A stretch of 64,000 bases of DNA from Rhodocytophaga aerolata (GTDB lineage Bacteria; Bacteroidota; Bacteroidia; Cytophagales; 172606-1): NCBI RefSeq assembly GCF_030503435.1, contig NZ_JAUKPO010000001.1, positions 940,766-1,004,765 of the forward strand, given 5' to 3'. The notes beneath the pieces were generated by a model. The model was not told where the DNA came from and did no database searches. It saw only the letters and a program-made list of their open reading frames with translations. This document shows positions 61,774 to 64,000 of the stretch, one piece after another (position 1 is the first letter of the stretch; each line of letters starts with the position of its first letter). The position numbers and the translations under genes are program-made.

Positions 61774-62592
61774 ATGCAAACGATTTTATGCCCGATAGAT
61801 TTTTCAGAAAACTCAACCAAAGTGCTGTTGTATGCCTATGATATAGCATTGGCTACAGGAGCTGAGTTATTTTTATTGCATACGTACCACATTCCCAGAG
61901 TTGTTCCTTTGATGGAGCAGTACCAGCATCCGGAAGTGGAAGCCCATATAACTTACGAAAGAGAAGCCAGAGAGAAGTTGGAAAACCTGATGAACTGGCT
62001 TAATAAAATTCATGCACCGGCAACCGTAAAAGCAGTCTATAAAATTGGGTCTGCCTTTGCTGTGGATGAAATTGTTAAAACAACCTATGAGCAGGGTGTA
62101 GACCTGATTGTGTTAGGAACCAGATATATAAAAGATCTCAAAAGTATATTTTTCGGAAGCACTATTGTACGCGTAATTGAAGAAACCCACCGCCCCGTAT
62201 TGGTAATACCAGCCGCGGCACCTTATGCTAAAATAAACCATTTGCTATTTACTTCTCATCAATTTCCGCAGCAAGAAATGCTGTTGATCAAAGAACTGGC
62301 AAAAGCTTTTGAGGCGCAGGTTACACTAATGCTTATGCGGGAAAAGAGTATGGCTGCTTCCCATGGAGCCCAAGCGATCTCCGGGAACGACGACACATCC
62401 GAAAACACCCAGTTTCAGCATACCCAGGTACTCCATACCGGACATGATATACAGCGGTCGATCAGTAGTTTTATGGAAGAGCACCCCTCTACTCTACTCG
62501 CTATTTCTGCTAGCAGAAGGCATTTGCTCGACGAAGTGAATGCAGGCCAGGCATCGTATCCGCTATATACCCCTGTGCTTATTTTACGGTAA
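61774..62592 (+). CDS. Universal stress protein, tandem UspA domains
   Basis: The track start is a TTG. ATG 61774 gives MQTILCPIDFSENS. Two Usp-like halves (LHTYHIP..., DLIVLGTRY). Confidence 0.7.
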   Translation: MQTILCPIDFSENSTKVLLYAYDIALATGAELFLLHTYHIPRVVPLMEQYQHPEVEAHITYEREAREKLENLMNWLNKIHAPATVKAVYKIGSAFAVDEIVKTTYEQGVDLIVLGTRYIKDLKSIFFGSTIVRVIEETHRPVLVIPAAAPYAKINHLLFTSHQFPQQEMLLIKELAKAFEAQVTLMLMREKSMAASHGAQAISGNDDTSENTQFQHTQVLHTGHDIQRSISSFMEEHPSTLLAISASRRHLLDEVNAGQASYPLYTPVLILR

Positions 62593-62692
62593 TCCTTCTC
62601 ACCCTTTCAGGCTTTTCTCTTTTTTTACTCTCAGCTTATTGATTCATATCTTTATTTTTTTCAATATTATAGCCTGATAACCAGCCAGGCCT

Positions 62693-63682
62693 ATGAAAAC
62701 CCTTTTTTTCAATACAAAACCATACGATAAACAATACTTCAGCACATTTAATGAAGAGCACCATCATGAACTGCACTTTACGGATGTGCCTTTGCATAAA
62801 GATACCGCTGTACTGGCCAAAAGCTTTGACTGTGTGTGTATATTTGTAAACGATACAGCGGATGCAAAAGTAATAGAAATACTAGCTCAGCAGGGAGTAA
62901 AGCTTCTGGCATTGCGTTGCGCCGGTTATAACAATGTAGATATACCAGCAGCAAAAAAACAAGGAATAACGGTTGTCAGAGTACCTGCCTACTCTCCTTA
63001 CTCCGTAGCCGAACACACCCTTGCCTTAATTCTGGGTCTTAACCGCAAAACACACCGGGCATACAACCGGGTAAAAGAAGGCAATTTCGCTCTGAGCGGA
63101 TTGATGGGATTTGATTTGCATGGCAGGTCAGCCGGCATTATTGGACTGGGTAAAATTGGTTTGGTAACCGGCCAGATTCTGAAGGGATTTGGTTGCCGGG
63201 TGTTGGGATATGATATTGCTAAAAATCCGGAATGCGATGCCCTGGGTATAGAATTTACCAGCCTGGATCAGATTTATGAGCAATGCGATATAATTTCGCT
63301 GCATTGCCCGTTAACGCCTCAAACCTATCACCTCATAAATGCAGATTCTATTGCAAAAATGAAAAAAGGAGTAATGCTGATCAACACCAGCAGAGGTGGC
63401 CTGATAGATACCAAAGCCGTAATACAAGCCTTGAAGAAGGAACAGATTGGATACCTGGGGCTGGATGTATATGAAGAAGAAGCCGATTTGTTTTTTGAAG
63501 ACCTGTCCGGAAAAGTAATTCAGGATGACCTATTTATGCGATTGCTGTCTTTCCCCAATGTACTGATTACTGGCCACCAGGCTTTCTTTACAGAAAATGC
63601 CCTGCAGAAAATAGCTCAGGTAACCTTACAAAACATTACGGACTATGAAACCCATAAACCACTACTTAATGTAGTAAATTAA
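62693..63682 (+). CDS. D-isomer-specific 2-hydroxyacid dehydrogenase (D-lactate dehydrogenase-like)
   Basis: 329 aa. GLGKIGLVTG NAD motif and a catalytic R/E/H arrangement. Confidence 0.8.
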   Translation: MKTLFFNTKPYDKQYFSTFNEEHHHELHFTDVPLHKDTAVLAKSFDCVCIFVNDTADAKVIEILAQQGVKLLALRCAGYNNVDIPAAKKQGITVVRVPAYSPYSVAEHTLALILGLNRKTHRAYNRVKEGNFALSGLMGFDLHGRSAGIIGLGKIGLVTGQILKGFGCRVLGYDIAKNPECDALGIEFTSLDQIYEQCDIISLHCPLTPQTYHLINADSIAKMKKGVMLINTSRGGLIDTKAVIQALKKEQIGYLGLDVYEEEADLFFEDLSGKVIQDDLFMRLLSFPNVLITGHQAFFTENALQKIAQVTLQNITDYETHKPLLNVVN

Positions 63683-63756
63683 GTAGGCTGGTTGCTTGGC
63701 TTTGTTTGATTTCTTGTGTAAATACCTGCCGGTTTTAATTGGCTGGTGTACATTTG

Positions 63757-64000
63757 ATGAAGAAAATTCTTAGCTATCTGCGGGACCATATCCGCACCGA
63801 TTTTCATCTGGCTACTTATATATTGGTAGCCATTTTTCTTGTCACTACTATTGTTATTAATTACTGGCTCGATTTTGAGGATAGCATTATAGATTCTTAT
63901 TACGGGCAGCCAGTTTATTTTCTTTGGTATTTTCTGTTTTATAGTTTCGCCTACTTTGGTACCGTGCTATTAATGGCGGTTGATCCTGCTAATCGAGCTT
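63757..64000 (+). CDS. Membrane protein, 3'-truncated at the window edge
   Basis: ATG at 63757 and hydrophobic segments. It continues past position 64000. Confidence 0.4.
   Translation, partial: MKKILSYLRDHIRTDFHLATYILVAIFLVTTIVINYWLDFEDSIIDSYYGQPVYFLWYFLFYSFAYFGTVLLMAVDPANRA

Noticed and set aside
1-64000. CRISPR arrays, tRNA/rRNA genes and transposase or integrase genes
   Set aside because: A scan of all intergenic regions found no regularly spaced direct repeats, no tRNA-like T-loop/acceptor structures and no transposase- or integrase-like ORFs. A covariance-model search (tRNAscan or Infernal) would be needed to be certain.

Overview
This 64-kb window reads as a gene-dense chromosomal segment of a Bacteroidota-type genome (about 42% GC). 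Features consistent with Bacteroidota (inference): a fused ccoNO, a FixH/CcoG/CcoQ layout, lipobox signal peptides and ArsS-family rSAM genes. No transposases, integrases, CRISPR arrays, rRNA or tRNA genes were found. The main blocks, in order:

- (i) A truncated multi-PAS sensor gene at the 5' edge.
- (ii) An arsenosugar-type radical-SAM cluster. Its genes are an ArsR regulator, a 2Fe-2S ferredoxin, a HAD hydrolase, a purine nucleoside phosphorylase, a TIGR04282-like transferase, ArsS, an AhpD-like protein and a TIGR04283-like GT2.
- (iii) A housekeeping/redox block: pntAB transhydrogenase, chrA, a 2OG oxygenase, sodC, a rhomboid protease and proS.
- (iv) Two separate SPFH systems. One is NfeD plus FloA. 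The other is an NfeD-like protein plus a FloT-like flotillin, followed on the same strand by a 1,646-aa coiled-coil protein with a C-terminal MoxR-like AAA+ core. This three-gene module is the best candidate for an undescribed system.
- (v) A gene for an N/S/Y/W/G-rich disordered lipoprotein paired with an outer-membrane beta-barrel gene.
- (vi) A complete cbb3 oxidase maturation locus (hemN, ccoI, ccoS, ccoNO, ccoQ, ccoP, ccoG, fixH, TauE-like). About 4 kb lies between ccoS and ccoNO, holding a fatty-acid desaturase with an in-frame TAA, a CPBP protease with an in-frame TGA and a GAF-PAS histidine kinase.
- (vii) An oxidative-stress block with a peroxiredoxin, a tandem Usp and a 2-hydroxyacid dehydrogenase.

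Several convergent gene pairs are separated by perfect palindromic bidirectional terminators. The ORF track translates GTG/TTG starts as M, so several starts were moved to in-frame ATGs behind plausible signal peptides. All calls rest on reading motifs by eye, with no database searches.
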